This document shows, one piece after another, positions 46,055-57,013 of a stretch of 64,000 bases of DNA. Under the pieces are notes generated by a model. That model was not told the DNA's origin and did no database searches. It worked only from the letters and a program-made list of their open reading frames with translations. A program made the position numbers and the translations under genes. The stretch lies in the NCBI GenBank assembly GCA_035403145.1, contig DAONEO010000004.1, forward strand, positions 46,816-110,815, in the 5' to 3' direction. Within the stretch, counting starts at the first letter, position 1; the number at the start of each line of letters is the position of its first letter. Source of the stretch: Candidatus Omnitrophota bacterium. Lineage in GTDB: Bacteria; Omnitrophota; Gorgyraeia; Gygaellales; Profunditerraquicolaceae.

Positions 46055-46718
46055 GTCATTTATACAGAACTGGGGCATGCCGATTACAGGCATGCTTTTT
46101 TTTGCTTTGGCAACACTTTATGTAGCAAGCGGCTGTGCTCAAAAAGAGGTTATCAATCGTGATTCAAAAGGCACATCGGTTGTTTGCTTCGGGGATAGCC
46201 TGACGTATGGCTATGGCGTTGAGCGCGGCAGTGATTATCCGCGGATCCTTTCGCAAAAAATAAATATGCCGGTTATTAACGCCGGCATCAATAGCAATAC
46301 CTCGGAACTTGCCAAAGTCCGCATGCAATCGGATGTTCTGTCGTATGACCCTTACATTGTTGTTATTGAATTCGGCGCCAATGATTTTATGACGCATGTG
46401 CCCATTGATACGACGATCGCAAATGTGCGCCAACTTATTCGAAAATCGCAGGAAGGCGGCGCAATGGCTTTCTTGGTTGATGTCAGCGCCGGTCTTTTGA
46501 TGAAAGAATATCAGCCGGCGTATGCCCGCCTTGCTTCTCAAACCGGAGCTGTTTTTATCCCGGATGTTTTTGCCGGTATTATTACGAATCCCCGTTTAAA
46601 AAGCGATTTTGTTCATCCGAATGCCGCTGGTTACGACCTTATCGCGGAACGTATTCATAAAGCGCTTCTTCCGTATTTGGTAAAAAAAGATCTGCTTAAG
46701 AAGATAGTCCGGAAATAG
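46035..46718 (+). CDS. SGNH/GDSL hydrolase-family lipoprotein (TesA-like esterase/lipase)
   Basis: VVCFGDSLTYGYG is the GDSL block I. ...GANDF is block III, and DxxHP lies near the C-terminus. The signal and lipobox-like sequence reads ...LYVASGC. The gene overlaps the rlmN end by 20 nt. Confidence 0.7.
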   Translation: MKQENRKSFIQNWGMPITGMLFFALATLYVASGCAQKEVINRDSKGTSVVCFGDSLTYGYGVERGSDYPRILSQKINMPVINAGINSNTSELAKVRMQSDVLSYDPYIVVIEFGANDFMTHVPIDTTIANVRQLIRKSQEGGAMAFLVDVSAGLLMKEYQPAYARLASQTGAVFIPDVFAGIITNPRLKSDFVHPNAAGYDLIAERIHKALLPYLVKKDLLKKIVRK

Positions 46719-47042
46719 CTAAAAATCCTCTCTAAAGTAGAAAGAAATCAATAAAAAGTGGAAGTAAGAGCTTTACCATTGTTTAATTTCTTAGTACAAT
46801 AACACAATTACTTACCTTATATACTAAAATAGTTCGTGGGGCATTGTTCATTGATCGTATCCCTTTTTAGTCGTGCCTACAGCAGACAGGTGATTTTAAA
46901 ACCCGTAGTTTTTTGTTACGAAGCATCCCTTTCTGACGTAACACCTATGAGCTATCAGCTATGAGCCGTGAACTAAATAGTTGATTTAGGTAAGGCGCTA
47001 TACTACACTAAGAGGTATCTTTTTTTACAGGAGGATTCCTGG

Positions 47043-49988
47043 TTGTTTAAAACTATTTTTCCCGCGCTTGAAAAGAAACTTTCCAATCTTACCAGTAAAC
47101 CGGTCCGCTTACGGGCTATCCTTTCTGTCCTTCTCGTTATTCCCCTTTTCATATTTGCAGTAATTTCCTACTTGTATACGAACCGGGTGCTTACCGACGC
47201 TATTATTGCAGAACGTCACGATATTACGCAACTTTCGGCGGATATCATTAAAGAGCGTTTAGATAAGGTAGTTGGTCTTGCTTCTTCGTTGGCAAGCCGT
47301 CCGAGCGTGGTTGACGCTGTTTCTCAAGGCAGATGGGATGACGCAAGCAATGCTTTGCGGACTATCCCCGCGGAATTCCCGTTTGTGCAGGCCTTGACCC
47401 TGTATGATACAAAGAGTATTTTAAAAACAGGTATTCCTTCAGGGACATCTCCCGTTGGCCGGGATTTTTCTTTTCGTGATTGGTATAAGGGGGTATCTCA
47501 TTCGTGGTCTCCCTATGTTTCCGAAGTTTATCATAGTATAACGAAACCGGAGCTTAATATTATCGGTGTTGTCGTTCCTATTCGGCACCGGGTTTTGGAA
47601 GAGCAAAGCACGTCAGACCGTGCCGTTGTTCCTTCGGAAATTGCGGGTATTCTGAATCTTCATATCCGTGTGGAGGTCCTGGGAACCTGGGCGCAGGATA
47701 TAAGCCGGCTCAGTAATAACGCCACTATTATTATTCTTGATAAAAACGGTAATCTTGTTTTTCATCAAAAGTATGATGCTCAGGGGTTGATCAGAAAATA
47801 TCCGAATACCGGCATTCTGGGGCAGCTTTTAGAACGCAAGCATGGGGTTATGGTTTTTCAGGAGCCGGGAGAGTCTCAGAGGATTCTGTGCGCATTTTAT
47901 CCGGTTCCGCAATATGATTTTAGCGTGGTTATGGAAGAACCCGAACGATCAGCGTTTAAGGAACGCGATAGACAGCTTATGTTATTGTTGCTTATCTATC
48001 TGGCATTTTTTGTTTTGGCATCCTGGGTTGTGTATTCCACCGTCAGCAATATTGTTCTGCGCAAGGCAATTGATGATGTGACAAAGGAATCAGAGCGCAG
48101 GTATCAGGGGCTCTTTGATTCAATGCGCGATGGCGTTATCCGCGTTTCAATGGATTGGAAGATCCAGGAGGTCAATGCCTCATTTGCAGAGATCGTTGGC
48201 TATACGAAGGCTGAGTTGCTTCAGATGACGTTTATGGATCTGACTGCGGATGCCTGGAAGGAGTCTACCCGTAAGATTATTCAGGAACAAACCATTGGCC
48301 GGGGATATAGTGATGAGTACGAGAAGGAATATATCCGTAAAGATGGGATCATCGTACCTATTAGTGCCAAGAGCTGGTTGATCAGGGATGAATATGGCAA
48401 AGGGGTGGGGATGTGGGGTTTTGTTCGGGATATTAGCGAGCGCAAGCGTATGGAGAAGGAGCTTCAAGAATACAGAATCGGACTTGAGAATCTGGTGAAC
48501 GAGCGGACAAAAGAGTTGCGGCAGTCAGAAGAGAAATACCGCCGTCTTATTGAAACGGCCAACGAAGCCATTTGGCAGATGGATAAGGACTTTGTTACGA
48601 CATTCGTTAATCTGCACATGGAAAAATTGACCGGCTATACTGCGCACGAGATGGTGGGGCATCCGACATATGAATTCATTTTTCCGGAAGATCGTGATGA
48701 CCATGAAAAACGCTTACAGAATCGAAGGGACGGTTTCTCGGAGCATTATGAACGGCGTTTGCGGCATAAAGATGGGCACGAGGTATGGACGATTGTATCA
48801 TCGACTCCACTTTATGGTTTGAATAGCGAGTTTAACGGGGCATTTGCTTTTTTTACCGATATTACGGAACGCAAGAGGCTTGAAGAATCACGTACCAATC
48901 TTTCAAAAGTTGTTGAGTCCAGTTTGAACGAGATCTATTTTTTTGATCCCCGGACGCTGAAATTTCAATTCGTCAATCTCGGCGCTTTGAAAAATCTCGG
49001 CTATACACTCGAGGAAATGAAAGAAATGACTGTTATTGACGTCAAACCGGAATTTACTATGGAATCGTATCATGCTATGGTAGATCCGCTTATAAAACAC
49101 CAGCAAGAAGGGGTGGAGTTTAGGTCTGTACAACGGCGCAAAGATGGGAGTATTTATCCCGTTGAAGTGCATCTGCATTTAGGTTCGACGCTTTCGGGAA
49201 CAGTTTTTATGGCGATTATCCTTGATATCAGCGAACGTATCAAAGCGGAAGAAGAGATCATGAAGTTGAATCAGGAGCTTGAGGCGCGTGTTGAGCAGCG
49301 TACCACACAGCTGGCAGAAGCAAATAAGGAGTTGGAAGCATTTAGTTATTCGGTTTCGCATGATTTGCGCGCTCCGTTGCGCAGTATGGATGGTTTTAGC
49401 CAGGCTGTGCTGGAGGATTATAAGGATAAGCTGGATGCCCAGGGTAAAGACTATCTTTTGCGTATCCGGAATGCAACGCAGCGGATGGCAGGGCTTATCG
49501 ATGATCTTCTTGATTTATCGCGGGTCGGCCGGGCTGTTATGCATCTCCAGGAAATTGATCTGGCGATTCTGGCAAAGCAGATTATTGAAGAGCTGCATGT
49601 TGTTGAACCTGATAGAAATATTGATATAAATATCGGACAGAATTTAATCGTTCATGCTGACGAGCATCTGATGCGGGTACTATTGGACAATCTTTTGAGG
49701 AATGCCTGGAAATTCACCAGTAAAATCGATCATGCGCATATCTGGCTTGATCAGACAACTATTGACGGTAATCGAGTTTTTTTTGTGCGTGATAACGGTG
49801 CTGGTTTTGATATGAATTATGCCGATAAACTCTTTACCGCGTTTTCGCGTCTTCACTCCGAAAAGGAGTTCCCCGGCAGTGGTATTGGTTTGGCATTAGT
49901 GCGGAGAATCATGAACCGGCATCAAGGCACGGTTTGGGCTGAAGGTGTACCCGGGAGAGGGGCGACAGTGTATTTCAGGTTGCCGTAA
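47043..49988 (+). CDS. Sensor histidine kinase: two TM segments flanking a ~290-aa periplasmic Cache-like domain, then PAS repeats, HisKA and HATPase
   Basis: A TTG start follows AGGAGGA. TM helices lie at about residues 20-45 and 320-345. The H-box reads FSYSVSHDLRAPLRSM, and the HATPase G-boxes read DNGAGFD...GSGIGLALV. Confidence 0.8.
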   Translation: MFKTIFPALEKKLSNLTSKPVRLRAILSVLLVIPLFIFAVISYLYTNRVLTDAIIAERHDITQLSADIIKERLDKVVGLASSLASRPSVVDAVSQGRWDDASNALRTIPAEFPFVQALTLYDTKSILKTGIPSGTSPVGRDFSFRDWYKGVSHSWSPYVSEVYHSITKPELNIIGVVVPIRHRVLEEQSTSDRAVVPSEIAGILNLHIRVEVLGTWAQDISRLSNNATIIILDKNGNLVFHQKYDAQGLIRKYPNTGILGQLLERKHGVMVFQEPGESQRILCAFYPVPQYDFSVVMEEPERSAFKERDRQLMLLLLIYLAFFVLASWVVYSTVSNIVLRKAIDDVTKESERRYQGLFDSMRDGVIRVSMDWKIQEVNASFAEIVGYTKAELLQMTFMDLTADAWKESTRKIIQEQTIGRGYSDEYEKEYIRKDGIIVPISAKSWLIRDEYGKGVGMWGFVRDISERKRMEKELQEYRIGLENLVNERTKELRQSEEKYRRLIETANEAIWQMDKDFVTTFVNLHMEKLTGYTAHEMVGHPTYEFIFPEDRDDHEKRLQNRRDGFSEHYERRLRHKDGHEVWTIVSSTPLYGLNSEFNGAFAFFTDITERKRLEESRTNLSKVVESSLNEIYFFDPRTLKFQFVNLGALKNLGYTLEEMKEMTVIDVKPEFTMESYHAMVDPLIKHQQEGVEFRSVQRRKDGSIYPVEVHLHLGSTLSGTVFMAIILDISERIKAEEEIMKLNQELEARVEQRTTQLAEANKELEAFSYSVSHDLRAPLRSMDGFSQAVLEDYKDKLDAQGKDYLLRIRNATQRMAGLIDDLLDLSRVGRAVMHLQEIDLAILAKQIIEELHVVEPDRNIDINIGQNLIVHADEHLMRVLLDNLLRNAWKFTSKIDHAHIWLDQTTIDGNRVFFVRDNGAGFDMNYADKLFTAFSRLHSEKEFPGSGIGLALVRRIMNRHQGTVWAEGVPGRGATVYFRLP

Positions 49989-50002
49989 GAAAGGAGCTAC
50001 CT

Positions 50003-50455
50003 GTGGTTAAGAAAAATTATATTCTCCTTATTGAAGATAGCTTGGATGATGCGACACTTATTGAGCGGTCGTTTCTGAAAAATAATATCCAGAATGAAAT
50101 AGTCCATTTGACTGATGGCGCTCAGGCAGTTGATTACATAACATGCCAGGGGCAGTATGCCGGGCGTGACCAGTATGAAATACCGATGTTAGTTCTACTT
50201 GATTTAAAACTGCCTAAACGCAATGGGGTTGAAGTTTTAAGAGTTATACGCGCCTGCGAGCATACAAAATTACTGCCTGTGGTGATCCTTACTTCGTCCA
50301 AAGAAGAGCAGGATGTTGTTAACGGCTATACCAATGGCGCTAATAGTTTTGTCCGTAAGCCGGTAGCATTTGAGGATTTTGCCAAGGCAGTGCAAACGCT
50401 TGGCTTGTATTGGTTGTTGTTAAATGAGTCACCCCCGCAATGCAAGAAGGAGTAA
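50003..50455 (+). CDS. Stand-alone response-regulator receiver domain protein
   Basis: ILLIEDSLDD...LVLLDLKLPKRNG...ILTSS...K is a REC fold with the conserved Asp/Lys. No output domain is present. Confidence 0.75.
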   Translation: MVKKNYILLIEDSLDDATLIERSFLKNNIQNEIVHLTDGAQAVDYITCQGQYAGRDQYEIPMLVLLDLKLPKRNGVEVLRVIRACEHTKLLPVVILTSSKEEQDVVNGYTNGANSFVRKPVAFEDFAKAVQTLGLYWLLLNESPPQCKKE

Positions 50456-50457
50456 CT

Positions 50458-51564
50458 ATGGCTATACCGTTGAATGTTTTAATGGTTGAAGATTCTGAAA
50501 ATGACGCCGCGTTAATCATTCGCGAACTCTCCAAAGGGGGTTTTGTTCTCTCCTGTGATCGCGTTGAAACTGCCGAGGCAATGGAGAATGCCCTTTCCCG
50601 GAAATGCTGGGATTTGATTATCGCCGACTATAAAATGCCCCGTTTTAGCGGGCTTGAAGCGATCCTTCTGGCAAAAGAGAAAGATCCTGCGATGCCGGTT
50701 ATTATTACTTCGGGAACGGTAGGCGAAGATGTTGCGGTTGAGACGATTAAAGCCGGGGCTAATGATTATCTTCTTAAGGGGAACCTTATTCGTTTGATAC
50801 CTGCCGTGCAGCGGGCTTTGCGTGAAGCGCATATGACCAGGGAACATAAAGAAATGCAAGAAGAGATTGTGCGTTCGAATACCGAATTACAGCAATTCGC
50901 CTATTCTCTTTCCCATGATTTACAGGAGCCGTTGCATATGGTTGTTAGTTACATGCGTTTATTAAGCCAGCGGTATAAGGGAAAGTTCGACACGGATGCC
51001 GATGAGTTCATCGATTTTGCGGTTGCCGGGGGGACGCGTATGCAGGAGATGATCAACGGGCTTCTGGAATATTCCCGGATACATACCAGGGGCGAGAAAT
51101 TTATGCATATTGATACCGAGGCCGCTTTACTGAGCGCGTTAGAAAATTTGCGTTTTATGATCCAGGATGCGCATGCGGTTATTACCCATGATCCCTTGCC
51201 TCTGGTGTGGGGAGATGCAACTCAGCTGACGCGTGTTTTTCAGAATCTTATCAGTAATGCTATTAAATTCAAGGGTGCGCAACCGCTGGTAATACATGTT
51301 GCGTGCGCCGAAAAAGATACTGAGTACGTTTTTAGCGTGCAGGATAATGGTATCGGCTTGGCGGTAGAATTTCAAGAGCGCATTTTTGGGTTTTTCCAGA
51401 GATTACACGGGAATAGTTATGCCGGAGTCGGTATCGGGCTTGCTATTACCAAGCGTATTATTGAACGCCATGCCGGCCGTATCTGGGTTGAATCCCTGCC
51501 GGATAAAGGGTCAACATTCTTCTTTAGTATCCCTGTGCAACCAAAGGAGACAGCGACAACGTGA
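50458..51564 (+). CDS. Hybrid REC-HisKA-HATPase histidine kinase
   Basis: The N-terminal REC contains ADYKMP and the H-box reads FAYSLSHDLQEPLHMV. The HATPase motifs are QDNGIGL...GVGIGLAI. An AAGGAG RBS precedes ATG 50458. Confidence 0.8.
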   Translation: MAIPLNVLMVEDSENDAALIIRELSKGGFVLSCDRVETAEAMENALSRKCWDLIIADYKMPRFSGLEAILLAKEKDPAMPVIITSGTVGEDVAVETIKAGANDYLLKGNLIRLIPAVQRALREAHMTREHKEMQEEIVRSNTELQQFAYSLSHDLQEPLHMVVSYMRLLSQRYKGKFDTDADEFIDFAVAGGTRMQEMINGLLEYSRIHTRGEKFMHIDTEAALLSALENLRFMIQDAHAVITHDPLPLVWGDATQLTRVFQNLISNAIKFKGAQPLVIHVACAEKDTEYVFSVQDNGIGLAVEFQERIFGFFQRLHGNSYAGVGIGLAITKRIIERHAGRIWVESLPDKGSTFFFSIPVQPKETATT

Positions 51565-54500
51565 TGATGGAAAAGGGAACAATGCGCGTTCTTCTTATCG
51601 AAGATAATTCCGGAGAGGCCCGGCTCATCCAGGAAATGCTTGCAAATTCACCAGCATTAGCATTTGATGTTGTCTGGGCTGCTTCCTTGCAAGTCGGTTT
51701 AGAACGCTTGAGCCAGGAGCATTTTGATATTGCACTGCTCGATCTTGGTTTGGAGGACAGCCAGGGGCTTACAACACTTAAAAAAGTTCATGAGAAAAAT
51801 CAGGAAATCCCCGTTATTATTGTTACCACGCTTGTTGACGAGATGGTGGGCGTTCAGGCTGTTCAGTTGGGCGCCCAGGATCATCTTTTAAAACAGCAGC
51901 TTACCGCGCCACTTTTAATCCGTTCCCTGCAATATGCCTTTGAACGCAAAAACTCTGAGCGCCTCATGCGTGAAAGCGAAGAGCGTTTTCGTACGCTTAC
52001 CGCGATGTCTCCATCAGGCGTTTTTTTTACGGATCAAAAAGGAAAATATATATATGTGAATCAGGCCTGGCTCGATATGGCGGGGATGGCATTCCAGGAT
52101 GTTTTGGGTGATGGCTGGACGCGGGCCTTATTCTCCGATGATCGCGCCAGTAGTATCACTGCCTGGAATGATTTTATTTCCGGTCAAGGCGTTTGGAACA
52201 GGGAATATCGTTTAAGTGTACCCGGCGGTAAGCTTGTGTGGGTGTATAGCAAAGCTGTTGCGCTTCGGGATACCCAGGGGGTTATTACGGGATATCTGGG
52301 GGCAAATACCGATATTACCGAACGTAAATTAGTAGAGAGCGCACTGCGTAAACAACGGGACAGAACCCAGCGTTATCTTGATATTTCGGGAAATGTTATT
52401 ATCGTGCTTGATTGCCAAGGGGCGGTTACGCTCGTCAATAAAAAAGGGTGTGAAATTTTCGGCCACAAGGAAGAGGAGATCGTTGGCAAGAATTGGTTTG
52501 ATTTATATGTACCGGCGGAGTATCGGGAGCAGATACAAGGGCAATTCCGGCAATTTATCTCCGGTAATTTTAAAGACAATGAATATTTTGATGTTGAAAT
52601 TATCAATGCGCACGGAGAGTATAAGATTCTTTCCTTGCATAACATTTCTTTGTACAATGACGCCGGTTTAATTGTCGGCGTGCTTTCTTCGGGAGAAGAT
52701 GTTACCGAACGCAGGCGTCTTGAACAGGAAAAAACATCCCGCTCTGAACAGATTATCCGTCATCAGGGCGCATTGTTGGCGTTGGCTAAGGAGAGCGGGA
52801 CAGATCTAGCCAAGGTTATTGAACGGGTTATTGAAGTTGCCGCAAAGACGTTGCATGCTCAACGCGCCAGCGTAGGGTTCTTTGACAATGCTCACCAAAC
52901 GCTTATGTACGATGATGTTTTTGAGGTATCGAATAATCGCCATGTTTCGGGTGAGCGGCTTTCAGTCGCAGAATTCCCGCTGTATTTTAAGGCTTTTGAA
53001 GAGAACCGGGTTATCGCGGCCCATGACAGCTTTTTAGACAGCCGTACCAGCCAGTTACACGATGCGTATTTGCAGCCGCGGGGGATTACTTCGTTGCTGG
53101 ATGTTCCTATACGCCTTCATGGAAAAGTTGTCGGTGTGGTGAGTATTGGACATGTGGGAGAAAAACGATTCTGGCTTGAAGAGGAGCAGAATTTTGCCGC
53201 CTCCCTTGCTGATTATATTGCTTTGTCCATGGAAACATTAGAGCGCCGGGAAACGGAAGATGCTTTGCGCAAGAGTGAAGGCAGGCTCTGGACGGTTTTT
53301 GAATCGGCAAAGGACGTCGCTTTTATTGTCACTGATTATGTCGGCGCGCATTCACGGATACTTGAGTTCAGCGCCGGCGCACAGGTAATTTTCGGATATA
53401 CCCGGCAGGAGGTTATCGGCAGTCCGGTGTCTGTTTTGCAATTTCCTAACGAATTCTTGGATGAACAGGAATTCCGCGAGAAACAAAGCGTTATTTCCCG
53501 GGAGGTTCTTCTAGAACGCAACGGAAAAGGAAGATTCCCCGCGTCATGTTCCGTTTATACCTTAGTTGATGCCCAGGGGCAGCCGTATGGTTTGTTATGG
53601 GTTGTTTTGGATTTAACCGAGCGTAAGCGGTTTGAGGAACGTTTAAAAAAGATTAACGAATGTTTCCTGCGTTTTGTTCCCGATCCTCTTGAGAACATCG
53701 AACGGCTGACCATTCTCTGCGGTGATGTCCTGGAAGCCGATATGGTGCTCTATAATCGTTTGGAGAACGGGAAGTTATATGCAATGGGGCAATGGAATGT
53801 TCCGGACGATTTTAGTGCGGTTTCTGATGCCAAGGGCCACATCTGTTCCGATGTTATCGCTCATTCCGGTGAAGAGATCCGTTTGTTGCGGAATTTACCT
53901 GAAACCGAATACGCCGCGACGGATCCGGCAATAGCCCGGTATCACTTAAAAACGTACATGGGGCATGTTGTTAAAGACCGGGGCAAGGCGGTTGGTTCTC
54001 TGTGCGCTCTTTTTACCAGGGATGTGTCTCCCGGCGAGTTCGATATAAAAACAATGGGTATTCTTTCCGCGGCTATTGGGATCGAAGAAGAACGCCGGGG
54101 AATGATTATTTCTTTACGCAAGAGTGAATTAAATTACCGCGAGCTTGTTGAAGGAGCCAATAGTATTATCTTGCGTATGGATACCAACGGCGTTGTTATC
54201 TTTTTAAATGAGTTTGCGCAGAGATTTTTCGGATTTCGTGCCGAAGAGATAATCGGGCAGAATGTTGTCGGTACGATTGTCCCGGAAACGGATACGGGAG
54301 GAAGAAATTTAAGAGGGATGATCGAGGATATCGGTAAGAATCCGGAACGCTATGCTGCGAATGAAAATGAGAATATCCGTAAAGATGGTACACGGGTAAC
54401 TGTTGCCTGGACCAACAGGGTTTTGTTTGATAAAGAAGGGCATGTTTCAGAGATTCTCTGTGTCGGGAATGATATCACCGAGCTTAAGAACGCACGGGAA

Positions 54501-56564
54501 CATATACAAGAACAGTATCTTTTTTTACAGCGTCTCATGGATACTATCCCTAATCCGATTTTTTACAAAGATCTGCATGGCGTGTATCTTGGTTGCAATG
54601 AGGCATACGGGCGTTTCTTAGGGAAATCCTGCGCTGAGATCATCGGCAAGACCGTGTTTGATATTATGCCGGAAAATTTAGCACGGACGCATACCGATCT
54701 TGATACGCAACTTTTTGATAATCCCGGGTTGCAGGTTAATGAAGAGGATGTCCTTGATTCCGATGGCGCGCGCAGACATGTTTATTTTAACAAGGCGACG
54801 TTTAACAACCGGTATGGCATGGTTGCCGGTCTTGTCGGCGTTATTATTGATGTGAGCGATATCAAGGCGGCGCAGGAAGAGTTGCGTAAATCAAAAGAAT
54901 TCCTCGGGAGCATTATTAATACGATTGGAGATCCGATTTTTGTTAAAGATGAGGCGCATCGGTTTATGATTGTCAATGACGCCGAATGTACGCTTATTGG
55001 AAAACCCCGGGAAGAGATCATTGGCAGGACCGATGCCGATTTCTTTCCCCTGGAGCAGGTTGCCGTGTTTTGGGAGAACGACAACTTTGTTATGGTGACA
55101 GGAGTTACCAATGAGAATGAAGAGAATATTACTGATAAGGAAGGCCAGACGCACATTATTCTTACCAAGAAAGCGCTTCATAGAGATCCAACCTCCGGCA
55201 AGAAGCTGTTGGTTGGAGTTATCCGTGATATTACCGATCGTAAGAAAGCCGAACAGGATGTGACACGGAGTTATGCTGTTCAAAATACGGTGAACGCGTT
55301 GTTACGGCTTTCCCTAGAAGACGCTTCTCTTGAAGAAATCCTTTCCCAGGCATTACATTTGATACTCGAGGCTGATTGGATCGCGCAGGAGAAAAAAGGA
55401 GTGATTTTTCTTATTGAAGATGATCCTGATACGCTGGTTATGAAAGCCCAGGTGGGATTATCTGAGCAGCGTCAGCACCTATGTTCCCGGATACGCAAAG
55501 GGTTCTGCTATTGCGGGTGCGCGGCATTGGAAGAAAAACTGGAATTTACCAGTTGTGTTGATACGAAGCACGAGGCTGTTTATGACGGGATGCCCGGACA
55601 TGGCCATTACTGCGCGCCTATTATTGCGGGTCAACGGCTGATCGGCGTTTTGAACGTGTATGTTTCTGAAGGAGCCCAGCGGACAACAGCGACCGATGCT
55701 TTTATGAATGCCATTGCAACCACTCTTTCCGGTGTTATTCAGCGTAAACGGGCGGAATTTGAGCTTAAGAATGCCTATCAGCGGTTGCGAGAAACGCAGT
55801 CGCAGCTTATTCATGCCGAGAAGATGCAGGTTGTGGGAACCCTTGCCAGCGGTATTGCGCATGAAGTAAAGAATCCTTTGGGGATTATTATTCAGGGAGT
55901 TGGGTTTCTGGAAAAAGAGCCTGGCACTAATCGGGGGACATCGGGGGAAGTTCTGATGATGATTAAAGAAGCTGTGGAACGGGCAAATCGTATTATCCAT
56001 GGGCTCCTTGATTTTACTCGCAGCTCCCCGATTGAATTTAAGCCCCAGGAAATCCAGGAGGTCCTGGAAACCTCGTTGATGTTAGTGCAAAAACAACTGG
56101 TTCTGAAGAATATCAAGATTATCCGGGATTATCAGGAAAGCCAGCGCGTTGTACGCGCTGATAAACATCAGTTGGAACAGGTTTTTGTCAACGTTATTTT
56201 AAATGCCTTTCAGGCAATGCCAAAAGGTGGTATACTAACGGTGCGGACGTTTAATAAGACCTTTATTCAGCTCCAGGAAGGCATGGGCCGCAGAGCAACC
56301 GACTTTTTGCACCCGGGGGACAGTGCTCTTGTTGTTGAGATAGAAGATACCGGTTCCGGAGTACAACCGGAACTGATCAATAAAATTTTCGATCCGTTTT
56401 TTACGACTAAGCCGCCGGGACAGGGAGTAGGCCTTGGGTTAAGTATCTGCCGCTCGATTATCGATAGTCACGGAGGGTTGATGACGATGGAGAGTGCGCC
56501 TGGCAAGGGAGCAAAAATTGTTATTATGCTGCCGGTATTTCTTGAAAAAAGACAATTAGTATAA
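51561..56564 (+). CDS. Giant 1667-aa multi-sensor hybrid histidine kinase: REC, multiple PAS, GAF domains, HisKA and HATPase
   Basis: The N-terminal REC is ...ALLDLGLEDSQG. Recurrent PAS signatures include ...TERK and ...DITERK linkers, and GAF-like blocks are present. The H-box reads LASGIAHEVKNPLGII, and the HATPase region reads ...GSGVQPE...GLGLSI. Confidence 0.8.
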   Translation: MMMEKGTMRVLLIEDNSGEARLIQEMLANSPALAFDVVWAASLQVGLERLSQEHFDIALLDLGLEDSQGLTTLKKVHEKNQEIPVIIVTTLVDEMVGVQAVQLGAQDHLLKQQLTAPLLIRSLQYAFERKNSERLMRESEERFRTLTAMSPSGVFFTDQKGKYIYVNQAWLDMAGMAFQDVLGDGWTRALFSDDRASSITAWNDFISGQGVWNREYRLSVPGGKLVWVYSKAVALRDTQGVITGYLGANTDITERKLVESALRKQRDRTQRYLDISGNVIIVLDCQGAVTLVNKKGCEIFGHKEEEIVGKNWFDLYVPAEYREQIQGQFRQFISGNFKDNEYFDVEIINAHGEYKILSLHNISLYNDAGLIVGVLSSGEDVTERRRLEQEKTSRSEQIIRHQGALLALAKESGTDLAKVIERVIEVAAKTLHAQRASVGFFDNAHQTLMYDDVFEVSNNRHVSGERLSVAEFPLYFKAFEENRVIAAHDSFLDSRTSQLHDAYLQPRGITSLLDVPIRLHGKVVGVVSIGHVGEKRFWLEEEQNFAASLADYIALSMETLERRETEDALRKSEGRLWTVFESAKDVAFIVTDYVGAHSRILEFSAGAQVIFGYTRQEVIGSPVSVLQFPNEFLDEQEFREKQSVISREVLLERNGKGRFPASCSVYTLVDAQGQPYGLLWVVLDLTERKRFEERLKKINECFLRFVPDPLENIERLTILCGDVLEADMVLYNRLENGKLYAMGQWNVPDDFSAVSDAKGHICSDVIAHSGEEIRLLRNLPETEYAATDPAIARYHLKTYMGHVVKDRGKAVGSLCALFTRDVSPGEFDIKTMGILSAAIGIEEERRGMIISLRKSELNYRELVEGANSIILRMDTNGVVIFLNEFAQRFFGFRAEEIIGQNVVGTIVPETDTGGRNLRGMIEDIGKNPERYAANENENIRKDGTRVTVAWTNRVLFDKEGHVSEILCVGNDITELKNAREHIQEQYLFLQRLMDTIPNPIFYKDLHGVYLGCNEAYGRFLGKSCAEIIGKTVFDIMPENLARTHTDLDTQLFDNPGLQVNEEDVLDSDGARRHVYFNKATFNNRYGMVAGLVGVIIDVSDIKAAQEELRKSKEFLGSIINTIGDPIFVKDEAHRFMIVNDAECTLIGKPREEIIGRTDADFFPLEQVAVFWENDNFVMVTGVTNENEENITDKEGQTHIILTKKALHRDPTSGKKLLVGVIRDITDRKKAEQDVTRSYAVQNTVNALLRLSLEDASLEEILSQALHLILEADWIAQEKKGVIFLIEDDPDTLVMKAQVGLSEQRQHLCSRIRKGFCYCGCAALEEKLEFTSCVDTKHEAVYDGMPGHGHYCAPIIAGQRLIGVLNVYVSEGAQRTTATDAFMNAIATTLSGVIQRKRAEFELKNAYQRLRETQSQLIHAEKMQVVGTLASGIAHEVKNPLGIIIQGVGFLEKEPGTNRGTSGEVLMMIKEAVERANRIIHGLLDFTRSSPIEFKPQEIQEVLETSLMLVQKQLVLKNIKIIRDYQESQRVVRADKHQLEQVFVNVILNAFQAMPKGGILTVRTFNKTFIQLQEGMGRRATDFLHPGDSALVVEIEDTGSGVQPELINKIFDPFFTTKPPGQGVGLGLSICRSIIDSHGGLMTMESAPGKGAKIVIMLPVFLEKRQLV

Positions 56565-56588
56565 GATGCTCGTAAAGGAGGGATCCAC

Positions 56589-56981
56589 ATGTCAAAGAAA
56601 AAAATTCTGATTATTGATGATGAAAAAGATTTTACGCAGATGGTAAAGCTGAATCTTGAAAAAGGCGGCAGATTCGAGGTTTATATTGAGAACAAGAGCC
56701 CTCATGCTTTGGCGGCAGCCAAACGGTATGTTCCCGACGTTATTTTATTGGATATCTTGATGCCCGAAATGGACGGGTTTAAAGTTTTGGAACTCTTAAA
56801 GAAGGATTATAATACGATTTCTATCCCGGTTGTCATGCTTACGGCAGTTATGACTGATGAGGCAAAAGCCAAGTCAACCAGCCTTTATGATGAGGGGTAT
56901 ATAGAAAAGCCGGTTACCGCAGAAGAGCTGGAACGTGAAATCGAGAAAGTGTTACGTATTCGGGATAGCGCTAAAGAATAA
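56589..56981 (+). CDS. Stand-alone response-regulator receiver domain protein
   Basis: KKILIIDDEKDF...VILLDILMPEMDGF...VVMLTA is a REC fold. A GGAGGG RBS precedes it. Confidence 0.75.
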   Translation: MSKKKILIIDDEKDFTQMVKLNLEKGGRFEVYIENKSPHALAAAKRYVPDVILLDILMPEMDGFKVLELLKKDYNTISIPVVMLTAVMTDEAKAKSTSLYDEGYIEKPVTAEELEREIEKVLRIRDSAKE

Positions 56982-57013
56982 CGGTATCAAACTGACAACG
57001 AGGAAAATCGAAA

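Noticed and set aside
46719-47042. An AT-rich 320-nt intergenic region before the sensor kinase gene, as a possible sRNA or promoter
   Set aside because: I found no convincing -35/-10 pair with proper spacing and no terminator hairpin. Only the GAGCTATCAGCTATGAGC motif there is reported.
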